Shown: one piece after another, positions 16,783-25,653 of the stretch | How positions within the stretch are numbered: the stretch's first letter is position 1 | Layout: every line of letters begins with the position of its first letter | Notes under the pieces: model-generated | Told to the model about the DNA's origin: nothing | Database searches by the model: none | The model's input: only the letters and a program-made list of their open reading frames with translations | DNA from: Gemmatimonadota bacterium | Lineage (GTDB): Bacteria; Gemmatimonadota; Gemmatimonadetes; Palauibacterales; Palauibacteraceae | Assembly (NCBI GenBank): GCA_039656095.1 | Contig: JBDHMQ010000002.1 | Coordinates: 1 to 36,397 of the forward strand | DNA length: 36,397 bases | Direction: 5' to 3' | Position numbers and translations under genes: made by a program

Positions 16783-17507
16783 CGGGTGCGATCTGGCGCC
16801 TGACCTGGGCGCTGGCCGTTCGACGACGACGTCTTCTGATCTGGAATTTTCTCGTGCCGATTCTGCTCCTCGTCCCCGTCATGACGAGTGCGGCCGCTGC
16901 ACAGCATCGAGCCGTGGTTGTGGCCGTATTCGTGATGTTCTTTGGGGTTTATGGCAGCTGTATTCCGCTGATTCGAGACTGAATGTCCGGGTGGGTGGAA
17001 AAAATTGGGCTCACCGGATTCGGGGGACGGCGCTGGCTGGTCGAGCGAACCCTCGCATCGACAGCCGTCGACTGGATGCAATTACTCCCCGTGAACCTGC
17101 TGCTGGTTCTGCTGTTAGGGATCCCAACCGATGCAGCATCCGCCATTCTCGTGGCAACTCTGCTCGCGTTGCTGTTTGCAAACCTGCTGGGCGTTCTGGT
17201 CGCCGCGTTCGTCCGAGCTCTAGGAGAGGCAGCGCTCGGATGTGCCGTGCTCTCGTTGTTTGCGCTTCACCTGGCCGGTGTGTTTCGCACGCCGGATCCC
17301 GGATCTCTGGGGGCGGCAGCCGAAGCGTGGAGCCCGCTGCGGCCGCTGCACGATTCCTGGGTGGGCGCTCTTCTGTCGGGAGGCTCCGAGGTCCTCTGGG
17401 CCAAGTGGATGATTCCGGTGGCTGCTCTGGGCGCGTTGCTGGTGCTGGTCGCATTTGCCGGGGATCGACTGGCGGCCCGAATTGCGGCGACCGATTCGGG
17501 CGCCTGA
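16779..17507 (+). pseudogene. ABC-2 type permease interrupted by an in-frame TGA (nonsense, read-through or sequence error)
   Basis: ORFs 16779..16982 and 16983..17507 are in the same frame, separated only by TGA; together they give a ~6-TM permease ending WSPLRPLHD. Confidence 0.7.
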
Positions 17508-17533
17508 TTCCGGATTTTACCGCCCACGGCCTG

Positions 17534-17794
17534 CTACAACCGCAAACCCTTCGGTACGACCCAGTGCTCCAGTGCGTCGAACAGTGCCTGTGCGCCCAGC
17601 GCCAGCAGCGCGGCCGGCGTGGCCGTCCCGATGTTGATTACGACGGCCGTCTTGATTCCGGCCATGATCAACGGGGACGCGAGGGGCAGCTCGATGCGGC
17701 GGAGAATCGTCCCGCGTGACAGTCCTAGCGCCTCGGCAGATTCACGCAGAGGACCTGGAATTCCGGTCAGTCCGGCGTGAGTGTTCCGTACGAC
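17534..17794 (-). pseudogene. Remnant of osmoprotectant (ProW/OpuBB-type) ABC permease
   Basis: VVRNTHAGL...[10 protein letters not shown]...[28 protein letters not shown] joins directly to PAALLAL; the N-terminus and the AxIGAGGxG segment are missing. Confidence 0.8.
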
Positions 17795-17865
17795 TTGCAG
17801 AGGCCGCTGATCTGAATCACGCCTGACAATAGAGCGTGTTACGAGACCGTGTAAGGGGTCCCGGG

Positions 17866-18573
17866 TCAAGCGCCGCCGAACTTGATCATCGTCATCGCCG
17901 GCAGCAGGTTGATCATCGTGTGCACGAGCACGGGTGCCACCAGGTTTCGTCCGCTACGCTCATACACGGCTCCCAGAACCAACCCCCCGATGACGCCCTG
18001 ACCCATCGCCGAGCCTATGGCGGGGCCTAACTGGCCATGCGTCGGCCAATTGGGATTCAAGTAGGCATACGGGATATGGTACATCCCGAACAGGACAGAC
18101 GTCACGACAACAGCCCACAACCTATTCTGAAACCACGCTCCGAGCCGTCCCTGGATGATGCCACGGAAGAAGAACTCTTCCGTGAAGGCGGCCGTCGCCA
18201 ACAAGAGCACGAAAGCGATCGGAAGCAGGAACAGGGCCTTGCCCGACCTGATCAACGACCAGATTGCCTCTGCCCGGTTCGACATGAACAGCTGCGCTAC
18301 ACTGAGTGCCAGGCCGAGAATTGCGGCCCACCAGAGGCCTGTCCGCCATGTCTCTCTCCGGAGTCCAATGGAAGCCAGTGTATCTCGAAACGTACCGTTC
18401 TTCTTGAGTTGAACCACGTGGAACAACGCTAACGGCAGGATGACAAGCGACAGCCAATGTTTCGCCTCGTTCTCGGGATAAAAGAACAGATAGATGAAGT
18501 ACAAGGCGAAATATGCGAGACTCAAGGCTGCTTCAACTCGATAGTGAGCGGATCTGACTTCTGAATCGGACAT
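17866..18573 (-). CDS. CPBP/Abi family intramembrane metalloprotease (type II CAAX)
   Basis: EEFFFRG, FGMYH and HTMIN motifs; multiple TM helices. Confidence 0.92.
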   Translation of the reverse strand: MSDSEVRSAHYRVEAALSLAYFALYFIYLFFYPENEAKHWLSLVILPLALFHVVQLKKNGTFRDTLASIGLRRETWRTGLWWAAILGLALSVAQLFMSNRAEAIWSLIRSGKALFLLPIAFVLLLATAAFTEEFFFRGIIQGRLGAWFQNRLWAVVVTSVLFGMYHIPYAYLNPNWPTHGQLGPAIGSAMGQGVIGGLVLGAVYERSGRNLVAPVLVHTMINLLPAMTMIKFGGA

Positions 18574-18657
18574 GGTTCTCTGCCATCGTAGAGGTCGACC
18601 ACAATTAGCTGAATTCCCTACGAAAAAATCCGTAAATAGGTTTCGGTTTTGGCAGGT

Positions 18658-18687
18658 TTGACGCGATATGCGGGGGCCTCATATATT
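18658..18687 (+). promoter_or_regulatory. Putative sigma70 promoter for the USP-rSAM-oxidase operon
   Basis: TTGACG, 18-bp spacer, TATATT, in an AT-richer intergenic region. Confidence 0.55.
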
Positions 18688-18859
18688 TTTGCCTGTCGCG
18701 TGTCCCCATTCGACCGGAAACGCAACGACTGGCAGGATCAATAACTGACATCGAGCGGGCCAGGTGGCCCGCTCCGCGCATAGATAAGGCCCGCTGTCTC
18801 CAATGGTGACCGGGTCGATTTGTTTGACGTTAAACATGGCTCGAACCACCGAGGTGGCG

Positions 18860-20974
18860 ATGTACCGTCAGGTACTCGTTCCGGTCGACAATTCAATTCA
18901 TTCTGATCTGGCAATGGATCGTGCCCTTGAGATCTGCTCGCGCAGCGGGGGACGCATCACGGCCACTCACGTGTATGCCGCCCGGCTACACGACATTCGC
19001 TTCCGCCAACTTGAAGTCGGTCTTCCGGCGCAATTCCAGGAGCCGCAGGAAATTCGCCGACAGAGGAAGATCCACGACAAGCTGATCGAGAAAGGGCTGC
19101 AGCTGATCTCGGACAGCTTTCTGGATGAGGTGGACAAGAAGGCGAAGCTTGCTGAAATCCCAATGACCCGGCAGCTGCTCGAGGGCATCCACTTTGAAGA
19201 GGTCGCCAGGGAGGCCAACAAGGGAGCCGGACGGTTACCAAGCCTGATCGGGTTTGATGCCAACATCGCCAGCAAGTACGACGGCGGTGACAACGTGCGC
19301 AGCGATGTGCAACTCACCGATGACGGCCGAATCATCGCCGAGGACGAGGATTCCGACGAAAAGCTCGCGGGCCGGAGCGATCGCGACTACGACCTGGTCG
19401 TCATGGGCGCGTATGGAATCGGCCGTCAGCCGCTCAGCCGAATCGGCGGAATGTCGGGCCGTGCACTGCGAAAGATCGAGAAAGACGTACTGATCGTGAG
19501 AGACGAGCGGCCGCTCGACGGCGGCTCACTCATGGTCTGTATCGACGGCTCCGCTTACTCCTACAAGTGCATGCGCATCGCCCTGGAACTGGCGCAGGAA
19601 TATGGCTGCAAGTTGTTCGTCGGGAGCGCTTTCGACGTCGAGTATCACCATGCCGTGTTCAACAACATCAAGGACGTTCTGTCTGTCCAGGCTTCAAAAG
19701 TGTTCAAGTTCGAGGAGCAGGAAGCCCTCCACAACAACATCATCGATAAGGGACTGTTGCGGCTGTGCAAGGCGAATCTGAAGCGTGCTGCCGTGATGGG
19801 AACCGAGTATCCGGACGTCGAAATCGAGACACAGATCCTGGTCGGCAAGCCGTTCCAGGTGATCCTGCAATGGGCAGAGGAAGAAAAGCCGTCACTGCTG
19901 GTTCTGGCACGACACGGATCCCATCGTATCGAGGGCACGGAGCTGGGATCGCAGGCCGAGGAAGTGGTGCGTGCCGTTGATGTCAACACGCTGCTTGTCG
20001 GGATCACGGACGTGCGTCCTGATGACATTCCGTGGATCGAAGAAGATGGTGAGACAGGCCTTGAATGGACTCCGGAGGCAGAAGTCCGCATCCTCCGCGT
20101 GCCGCCGTTCGCGCTTGGCATCGCCCGAAAAGCGGTCGAAGAGTATGTGCTGGAGCATCACGGCCCGGGCAGTCGCTATGCCGCCGCGTTCGTCGACGGG
20201 CCCAGCAAGATGGAAGTGCTGGCCGAAGGAAATAGCGCCTCGGTCAACGGATCCTCAACCGAGACGGCGGACGTTTCAGCTGAAACGCCCATCGTAACAC
20301 CCGAAGAGCTCCCGATCGTGACGAGTGAACGTCTCGACGAGGCGATCACGAAGCTCTTGCCGACCCACATGCAGCTGATCATGGGCATTGGTACCGCCGA
20401 AGAACTGGTCCTGGCCGAGTTGAAGGCGGAGCAGGCGATGGAGCGCACGGTCGTCAAGGGAATCGACGCCGACCCGGAGCCGGAGACGGCGATGGTCGAA
20501 ACGAAGTGCCCGGTCACGGGCCAGGCCCAGACCCGGGAGCGCACCGAGACTGATCCGGTCGAGTGGACACTTGAAGCATTCGCTCGCCTGAAGGCCGTGC
20601 CGCTTATTGCCCGTCCACTCGCCAGGAATACGGTCGAGAAATTCACCCGAGAAGCTGGTATGTGGCGGGTGACAACAATGGTGATGGACGACAACAAGCA
20701 GGCAATGATCGACGCGGACACATTCGATGTCGACACGATGCTTGTGATGTTTAAGGAATTGCAGACGAAGCAGATTCAGGCCGCAGCAGAGGGCGTAGAC
20801 GGAATGACGCCGGAGATGCGAAAGTTCATTGAAGAGGCGAAGGCGAGCGGCGTTACTCGTTGTCCGATACGCGACATGGAAGCCCAGGCGGAGAAGTGCC
20901 CGGTCGACTTCAAGACGGTTACGCCGGAAGAAGCAAGACAGGCGATGGAACAGTTCATGGCGGAGTCGGACTAG
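18860..20974 (+). CDS. Multidomain universal stress protein (USP-USP, 2x PCP_red-like, 3 Cys-Pro motifs)
   Basis: GAGGTGG RBS before ATG 18860; VLVPVDNS...DLVVMGAYG and MVCIDGS...LLVLARHG USP domains; WTPEAEVRILRVPPF and WTLEAFARLKAVPLI; KCPV, RCPI, KCPVD. Confidence 0.88.
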   Translation: MYRQVLVPVDNSIHSDLAMDRALEICSRSGGRITATHVYAARLHDIRFRQLEVGLPAQFQEPQEIRRQRKIHDKLIEKGLQLISDSFLDEVDKKAKLAEIPMTRQLLEGIHFEEVAREANKGAGRLPSLIGFDANIASKYDGGDNVRSDVQLTDDGRIIAEDEDSDEKLAGRSDRDYDLVVMGAYGIGRQPLSRIGGMSGRALRKIEKDVLIVRDERPLDGGSLMVCIDGSAYSYKCMRIALELAQEYGCKLFVGSAFDVEYHHAVFNNIKDVLSVQASKVFKFEEQEALHNNIIDKGLLRLCKANLKRAAVMGTEYPDVEIETQILVGKPFQVILQWAEEEKPSLLVLARHGSHRIEGTELGSQAEEVVRAVDVNTLLVGITDVRPDDIPWIEEDGETGLEWTPEAEVRILRVPPFALGIARKAVEEYVLEHHGPGSRYAAAFVDGPSKMEVLAEGNSASVNGSSTETADVSAETPIVTPEELPIVTSERLDEAITKLLPTHMQLIMGIGTAEELVLAELKAEQAMERTVVKGIDADPEPETAMVETKCPVTGQAQTRERTETDPVEWTLEAFARLKAVPLIARPLARNTVEKFTREAGMWRVTTMVMDDNKQAMIDADTFDVDTMLVMFKELQTKQIQAAAEGVDGMTPEMRKFIEEAKASGVTRCPIRDMEAQAEKCPVDFKTVTPEEARQAMEQFMAESD

Positions 20975-20977
20975 ATC

Positions 20978-22258
20978 GTGCCGATTCCGCACGTCGTCGC
21001 CTGGAACGTCACGCAACGCTGCAATCTTGCATGCGCCCATTGTTACATCTCGGCGGGTTCCTGGCACTCAGCGCAATCGGAACTGTCGACCGATGACTGC
21101 CTGCGCGTGGTTGATGAGATTCTCGCAGCGAATTCCTCGCCGATGCTTATCCTTTCAGGTGGAGAGCCTCTCGTGCGCGACGACCTGGAAACGATTGCGG
21201 CCCGGGCGACTGCCGGCGGCGCCACAGTCGTAGTCGGTACGAACGGAATCGGGCTCACCGACGAGCGGATCATTTCGTTGAAGGCGGCCGGCGTTCAGGG
21301 CGTGGCGGTAAGTATCGACTCGCTCGACCCGACCTACCACGATCGCTTCCGCCACGGTGCGGGCGCACTCGGTCAGACTCTTGAGGCCATCGATCGCCTG
21401 GCCCGGCACGAACTCGACTTCATCATCCAGACGACGGTCACACGGGGGAATCGAGCTGAGCTCGCTGATCTGGTCGACTGGGCGGCGGATAAGGGTGCGG
21501 TCTCGTTCAATCTCTACTTCCTGGTCGAGACAGGACGCGGAGAGGGGATGAAGGGGATGTCGCCCGAGGAGAACGATTCGGTTCTGGCAGAGCTGTTGTT
21601 ACTCGAGGCGAAGTACCGGGGCCGCATGATGGTTCGCTCGAAGTGCCAGCCCCAGATCATGCGCCACGCGTTTGAGGGTAGCAGCGATTCGCCGTTGTTG
21701 AACTACGAAACGCGGTGTCCGTGCGGCGTTCACTACTGCCGGATCACGCCCGAGGGTAAGGTCACGCCCTGCCCGTATATGCCTGCCGTGGCAGGCGATC
21801 TCATGGTGTCCACATTCAGCGAGATCTGGACCGGTTCAGAATTGTTCGCCTCACTGCGAGATCCGGAGCTTGGCGGGAAATGCGGCGTCTGCGAGTATCG
21901 AGAGGTTTGCGGTGGTTGCCGGGCGCGGGCGTATGCAAACTCGGGTGATCCGCTGGGCCCCGACGAGTCCTGTGCGTACGAACCGGACGGTAGCGCTGAG
22001 CTGATCCAGCCGGCTGCGACATCGGTGACTTACGGCTCTTCCGAACGTGAGTTTGTTCTGGCGTGGACGCCGGAAGCAGAAGCTCGGATCGGCCGAATAC
22101 CGTCGTTCGTACGCGGCGTAGTAGTAGACCGCGTTGAGACCTGGGCCCGGGAAAACGGACACGATGAGGTGACCGCTGAAATGTTGAGTCAGATGCGTAG
22201 CCGGATGCCGGTCGAATTTTCTCGTCGTCGCCCGTTCTTTCTTGGAGGAAAGCGATGA
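20978..22258 (+). CDS. Radical SAM/SPASM protein of AhbD/NirJ type with C-terminal PCP_red-like domain
   Basis: WNVTQRCNLACAHCY, SGGEPL, SPASM GKCGVCEYREVCGGCRARAY...DESC, C-terminal WTPEAEARIGRIPSFVR. Confidence 0.9.
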   Translation: MPIPHVVAWNVTQRCNLACAHCYISAGSWHSAQSELSTDDCLRVVDEILAANSSPMLILSGGEPLVRDDLETIAARATAGGATVVVGTNGIGLTDERIISLKAAGVQGVAVSIDSLDPTYHDRFRHGAGALGQTLEAIDRLARHELDFIIQTTVTRGNRAELADLVDWAADKGAVSFNLYFLVETGRGEGMKGMSPEENDSVLAELLLLEAKYRGRMMVRSKCQPQIMRHAFEGSSDSPLLNYETRCPCGVHYCRITPEGKVTPCPYMPAVAGDLMVSTFSEIWTGSELFASLRDPELGGKCGVCEYREVCGGCRARAYANSGDPLGPDESCAYEPDGSAELIQPAATSVTYGSSEREFVLAWTPEAEARIGRIPSFVRGVVVDRVETWARENGHDEVTAEMLSQMRSRMPVEFSRRRPFFLGGKR

Positions 22259-24051
22259 GCGGGGTGACTGCGCGACGTATCGGAATCTGGAGCTTTCTGG
22301 CTCTCGCCGGCTTGGCCCTTCTGGCGCTCGTCGCTCCGGAAAGTCTGCTTGCCCAGGACGCATCGCAGATTCGTAACTATGGCGACTTTCCGATCATCGG
22401 TGCCCGCGGGGCAATCTGGATCACGGCACAAGTTCACTTGATGTTTGCCGCTTTCGTGCTCGGCGTACCGATGTTCGCGGTCGTGGTCGAAGCGATCGGC
22501 ATTTTCGGAGGCGACAAGCGGTACGATAAGCTCGCTAAAGAATTCGCGCGGCTACTGCTGATCGCCTACAGTGCCACGGCGATCTGGGGCGCGATGTTGA
22601 CATTCGCGCTGTCCTCTCTCTATCCGGTGTTCTGGGCCTACCTGACAACGATCTTTGGACCCTCGATGTGGGTCTACGCGGGCCTGTTCCTGGTAGAATC
22701 ATTCACTCTCTATCTCTACTATTACGGTTGGGATCGATGGAGCGTGGGGAGGGCGAAGTATTGGCACTGGGGCCTCGGAATTCTGCTCAACATCTGGGGC
22801 ACGATCGTGATGTTCATCGCGAACGGGTGGCTCACTTACATGATGAGCCCGCCGGCCGAAGTGACGGCAGACACCGCGCCGGACCAGGTTCAGTTGTGGA
22901 GTGCAATTTTTAACGCGACCTGGATGCCGATCAATATCCACCGCATGATCGCGAATGTCGTTTTCGGTGGTGCAATCGTCGGGATGTACGCGGGCTACCG
23001 GTTCCTTGCTGCGAAGACTGATGAAGAACGGGCGCATTACGATTGGATGGGGTACATCGGCAACTTCATCGCAATCGGTGCGCTGATCGTTCTGCCATTT
23101 GCCGGCTACTACCTCGGCCGTGAGATCTACGAATTCAACCAGCAGATGGGGATCACCATGATGGGTGGTTTCATGAGCTGGCTGTGGATCATCCAGGCAT
23201 TCCTGATCGGTGTTCTGTTCCTGGCCGGTAACTACTACCTGTGGATCGGAATGGGCCGGATTCCCGGTGCCGAGCGATTCACCCCGTACATCAAGTACAT
23301 GCTGGTGGTCCTTGTTCTCGGGGTCATCGTCTGGGCAACGCCTCACACCATGATTGCGAGCCGCGACGAGATTGCGGCAATGGGAGGTACGCACCACCCG
23401 TTCCTCGGCGCCCTTGGCGTGATGAGCGCAAAGAACACAGCGGTCAACCTGATGATCCTGACGACCTTCCTTTCATTCATGTTGTATCGGAGGGCGAACA
23501 AGATTCCGGTCGTCAGCTGGGCAAAATCGGGGACCATCGCGCAGGGCGCGGCGCTGGTGATCGCGGCGGTTGTCGTCGTCTTCTATGGTGTCTACGGCTA
23601 CTTCGTCACGGCAATTGTGAGAATTGGGTTCAGCGTCTACCAGGTGATGGCTGTCCTGGTCGCGATGCTGTTTGTGGTCGTCCTCGATGTGATGATGTTG
23701 CGGGGAGCGCAATCGCGCGGTGAGATCCGCTGGGGCCAGATGCCGGCTCGATCTCAGTACGCGCTATTCATCCTGGCTGTGACTTTCACGTGGCTCATGG
23801 GCCTCATGGGCTTCGCACGGAGCGGTATCCGCCAGCACTGGCATGTCTACGAAGTGATTCGTGATACCAGTAGCCAGGCGGCGACACCGGCGCTCGGACC
23901 GGCCGCAACGATGATCAGTGTGTGCGTATTGATTTTCCTGTCTCTCGTCGCGGTCATCTTCTGGCTCGGAGGTCTCGCCGAGAAGCCGGCGCACATAGAC
24001 CGGGCAGATCTCGTCACATCTGTACCTGCTCCGACCGGAGGGGAGGCCTGA
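22255..24051 (+). CDS. Cytochrome bd-like (CydA-fold) oxidoreductase, divergent family
   Basis: VHLMF, FLVESFTLYLYYYGWD, ANGWLTYMMSP, NIHRM and C-terminal GIRQHW align with the CydA motifs H19, E107/GWD, ANGWMQxP, H186 and GRQPW. Confidence 0.85.
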   Translation: MSGVTARRIGIWSFLALAGLALLALVAPESLLAQDASQIRNYGDFPIIGARGAIWITAQVHLMFAAFVLGVPMFAVVVEAIGIFGGDKRYDKLAKEFARLLLIAYSATAIWGAMLTFALSSLYPVFWAYLTTIFGPSMWVYAGLFLVESFTLYLYYYGWDRWSVGRAKYWHWGLGILLNIWGTIVMFIANGWLTYMMSPPAEVTADTAPDQVQLWSAIFNATWMPINIHRMIANVVFGGAIVGMYAGYRFLAAKTDEERAHYDWMGYIGNFIAIGALIVLPFAGYYLGREIYEFNQQMGITMMGGFMSWLWIIQAFLIGVLFLAGNYYLWIGMGRIPGAERFTPYIKYMLVVLVLGVIVWATPHTMIASRDEIAAMGGTHHPFLGALGVMSAKNTAVNLMILTTFLSFMLYRRANKIPVVSWAKSGTIAQGAALVIAAVVVVFYGVYGYFVTAIVRIGFSVYQVMAVLVAMLFVVVLDVMMLRGAQSRGEIRWGQMPARSQYALFILAVTFTWLMGLMGFARSGIRQHWHVYEVIRDTSSQAATPALGPAATMISVCVLIFLSLVAVIFWLGGLAEKPAHIDRADLVTSVPAPTGGEA

Positions 24052-24052
24052 T

Positions 24053-24832
24053 ATGTGGCGTACGAACCTGTCGGTCGCGCTGGTCGTCCTGGGTACGCTC
24101 GGCATCTATACGGCCGTGGCGAACATGATTCCGCAGTTGGAGTCGGACGTGCCCGAAGAGCTCGTGTTTAGCGCGGACGTCTCGCCTGAGGAGCTCGTGG
24201 CCGCCGGTGAGGTGCTGTATACCGGTGGAGGCGGCTGCATCGCCTGCCACGGTCTCGGCACAAGAGCGCCAAGGTTGGTCGGCACGATCGGAACCGTATG
24301 TGACTCGCGCGCACCTGCAATGTCCTGCAAGGACTATCTGCACGAGTCCCTCGTGAACCCGACCGCCTACGTGGTCGATGGCTTTCAGCCCATCATGCCG
24401 GACATGAGCCGCACTCTGTCCGATGCTCAGATCTGGAGTCTGGTGGCATTCCTGCAGAGCCAGGGCGGCGAGGTGACGGTGACAGCGGCCGATCTCGCGC
24501 CAAGAGGCGATGCTGCAGACTCAGGCGCCGGTCCCGCGCCAGTAACTGGAGAAGCCACGGCCAGAGACATCGATGCCGCGGCGCTTGTCCAGTCCCTCGG
24601 CTGCACCGCTTGCCATGCTTCCGGTGATGCGCCCGGCGGGATCGGGCCGGCTATGTCGGCGATGGCCGAACTCGAACCCGAGTACATTCGCCGCTCGATC
24701 GTCGAACCAGCCGCAGATACGGCGGTTGGATTCGAAGCGTTCGCCGGTACCATGCCACCGACACTTGGAGAACAGCTCACGGAATCTCAGCTCGAGGCAC
24801 TGGTGACCTACCTTGCGAGCGGAGCAGAGTGA
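24053..24832 (+). CDS. Membrane-anchored di-heme cytochrome c
   Basis: CIACH and CTACH, each with a downstream MP ligand motif; N-terminal TM. Confidence 0.9.
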   Translation: MWRTNLSVALVVLGTLGIYTAVANMIPQLESDVPEELVFSADVSPEELVAAGEVLYTGGGGCIACHGLGTRAPRLVGTIGTVCDSRAPAMSCKDYLHESLVNPTAYVVDGFQPIMPDMSRTLSDAQIWSLVAFLQSQGGEVTVTAADLAPRGDAADSGAGPAPVTGEATARDIDAAALVQSLGCTACHASGDAPGGIGPAMSAMAELEPEYIRRSIVEPAADTAVGFEAFAGTMPPTLGEQLTESQLEALVTYLASGAE

Positions 24833-25653
24833 TGACCCAACCAGGCAATTCACCCCGAGGCCTGAAGCATCCGTTCTGGCAGGCTGCCCTGCTGCTCGTC
24901 CTGTCATTTCTCCTGATCCGGTATGGAATCGCGATACTTCCGCCGCTGGTCGGCGTGGAGAGTGCACCCGTACCTGCATCCGTCGTCCTGCAGTTCATGG
25001 TGACTGCCCTGGTGGGTGTGCTGCTGTACGTGAGTGCTGATGAGACGCGCTGGACACAGTTCAAGCAGCCGATTCACGGCGTGGCCGTCGACGCGGACAA
25101 AAAGCTACTGCGCACCGCCATGTTGGTTGGCATTCCGGTGTTCGTCGGCTTCCTGACGTATCAGCAGGTTAGTGCCAGCGTCGGAGCTCCACCGGCCCTG
25201 CGCTCCATACATCCAGCGCCGCCCAATCAGGTCACGTTCCGTGGGTCGTCGATGCGCCTCGCCGGTCTAGAGAATCCACTGAGGACGACCGGCGACATGA
25301 CAGTACACTTGCAGACGGGAAAGACGGTCTACGTCCGTAACTGCATGCCATGCCATGGCGACCTCCTGGATGGTAGAGGGCACTTCGCCCGTGGATTCAA
25401 TCCCGTCCCGGCCGATTTCACTAGCAATGGGACGATAGCCCAGCTTACCGAGAGCTATGTGTTCTGGCGGATCGCCAAAGGCGGCCCTGGCCTGCCGAAG
25501 GAAGGGACGCCCTGGGACTCTGCGATGCCCGCCTGGGAAGATGTTCTGACGGAGAACGAAGTCTGGTCGGTCATCCTGTACCTGTATGACCAGACCGGCT
25601 GGTCGCCTCGCACCTGGGAAGAAGCGGAAGAGGGCGAAGGGGGTGAACATTGA
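24832..25653 (+). CDS. Membrane-bound (3 TM) mono-heme cytochrome c
   Basis: CMPCH, SAMPAW; three N-terminal hydrophobic helices. Confidence 0.9.
   Translation: MTQPGNSPRGLKHPFWQAALLLVLSFLLIRYGIAILPPLVGVESAPVPASVVLQFMVTALVGVLLYVSADETRWTQFKQPIHGVAVDADKKLLRTAMLVGIPVFVGFLTYQQVSASVGAPPALRSIHPAPPNQVTFRGSSMRLAGLENPLRTTGDMTVHLQTGKTVYVRNCMPCHGDLLDGRGHFARGFNPVPADFTSNGTIAQLTESYVFWRIAKGGPGLPKEGTPWDSAMPAWEDVLTENEVWSVILYLYDQTGWSPRTWEEAEEGEGGEH

Noticed and set aside
16980-16982. Genome-wide UGA reassignment (code 4 or 25)
   Set aside because: Many genes end in TGA with ATGA/GTGA coupling and all other genes are intact under code 11; only local read-through remains possible.
15137-22258. Photosynthesis (DPOR/bch) genes implied by the PCP_red domains
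   Set aside because: Only the small C-terminal domain is present; there are no nitrogenase-like BchN/BchB catalytic domains or other bch/puf genes in the window.
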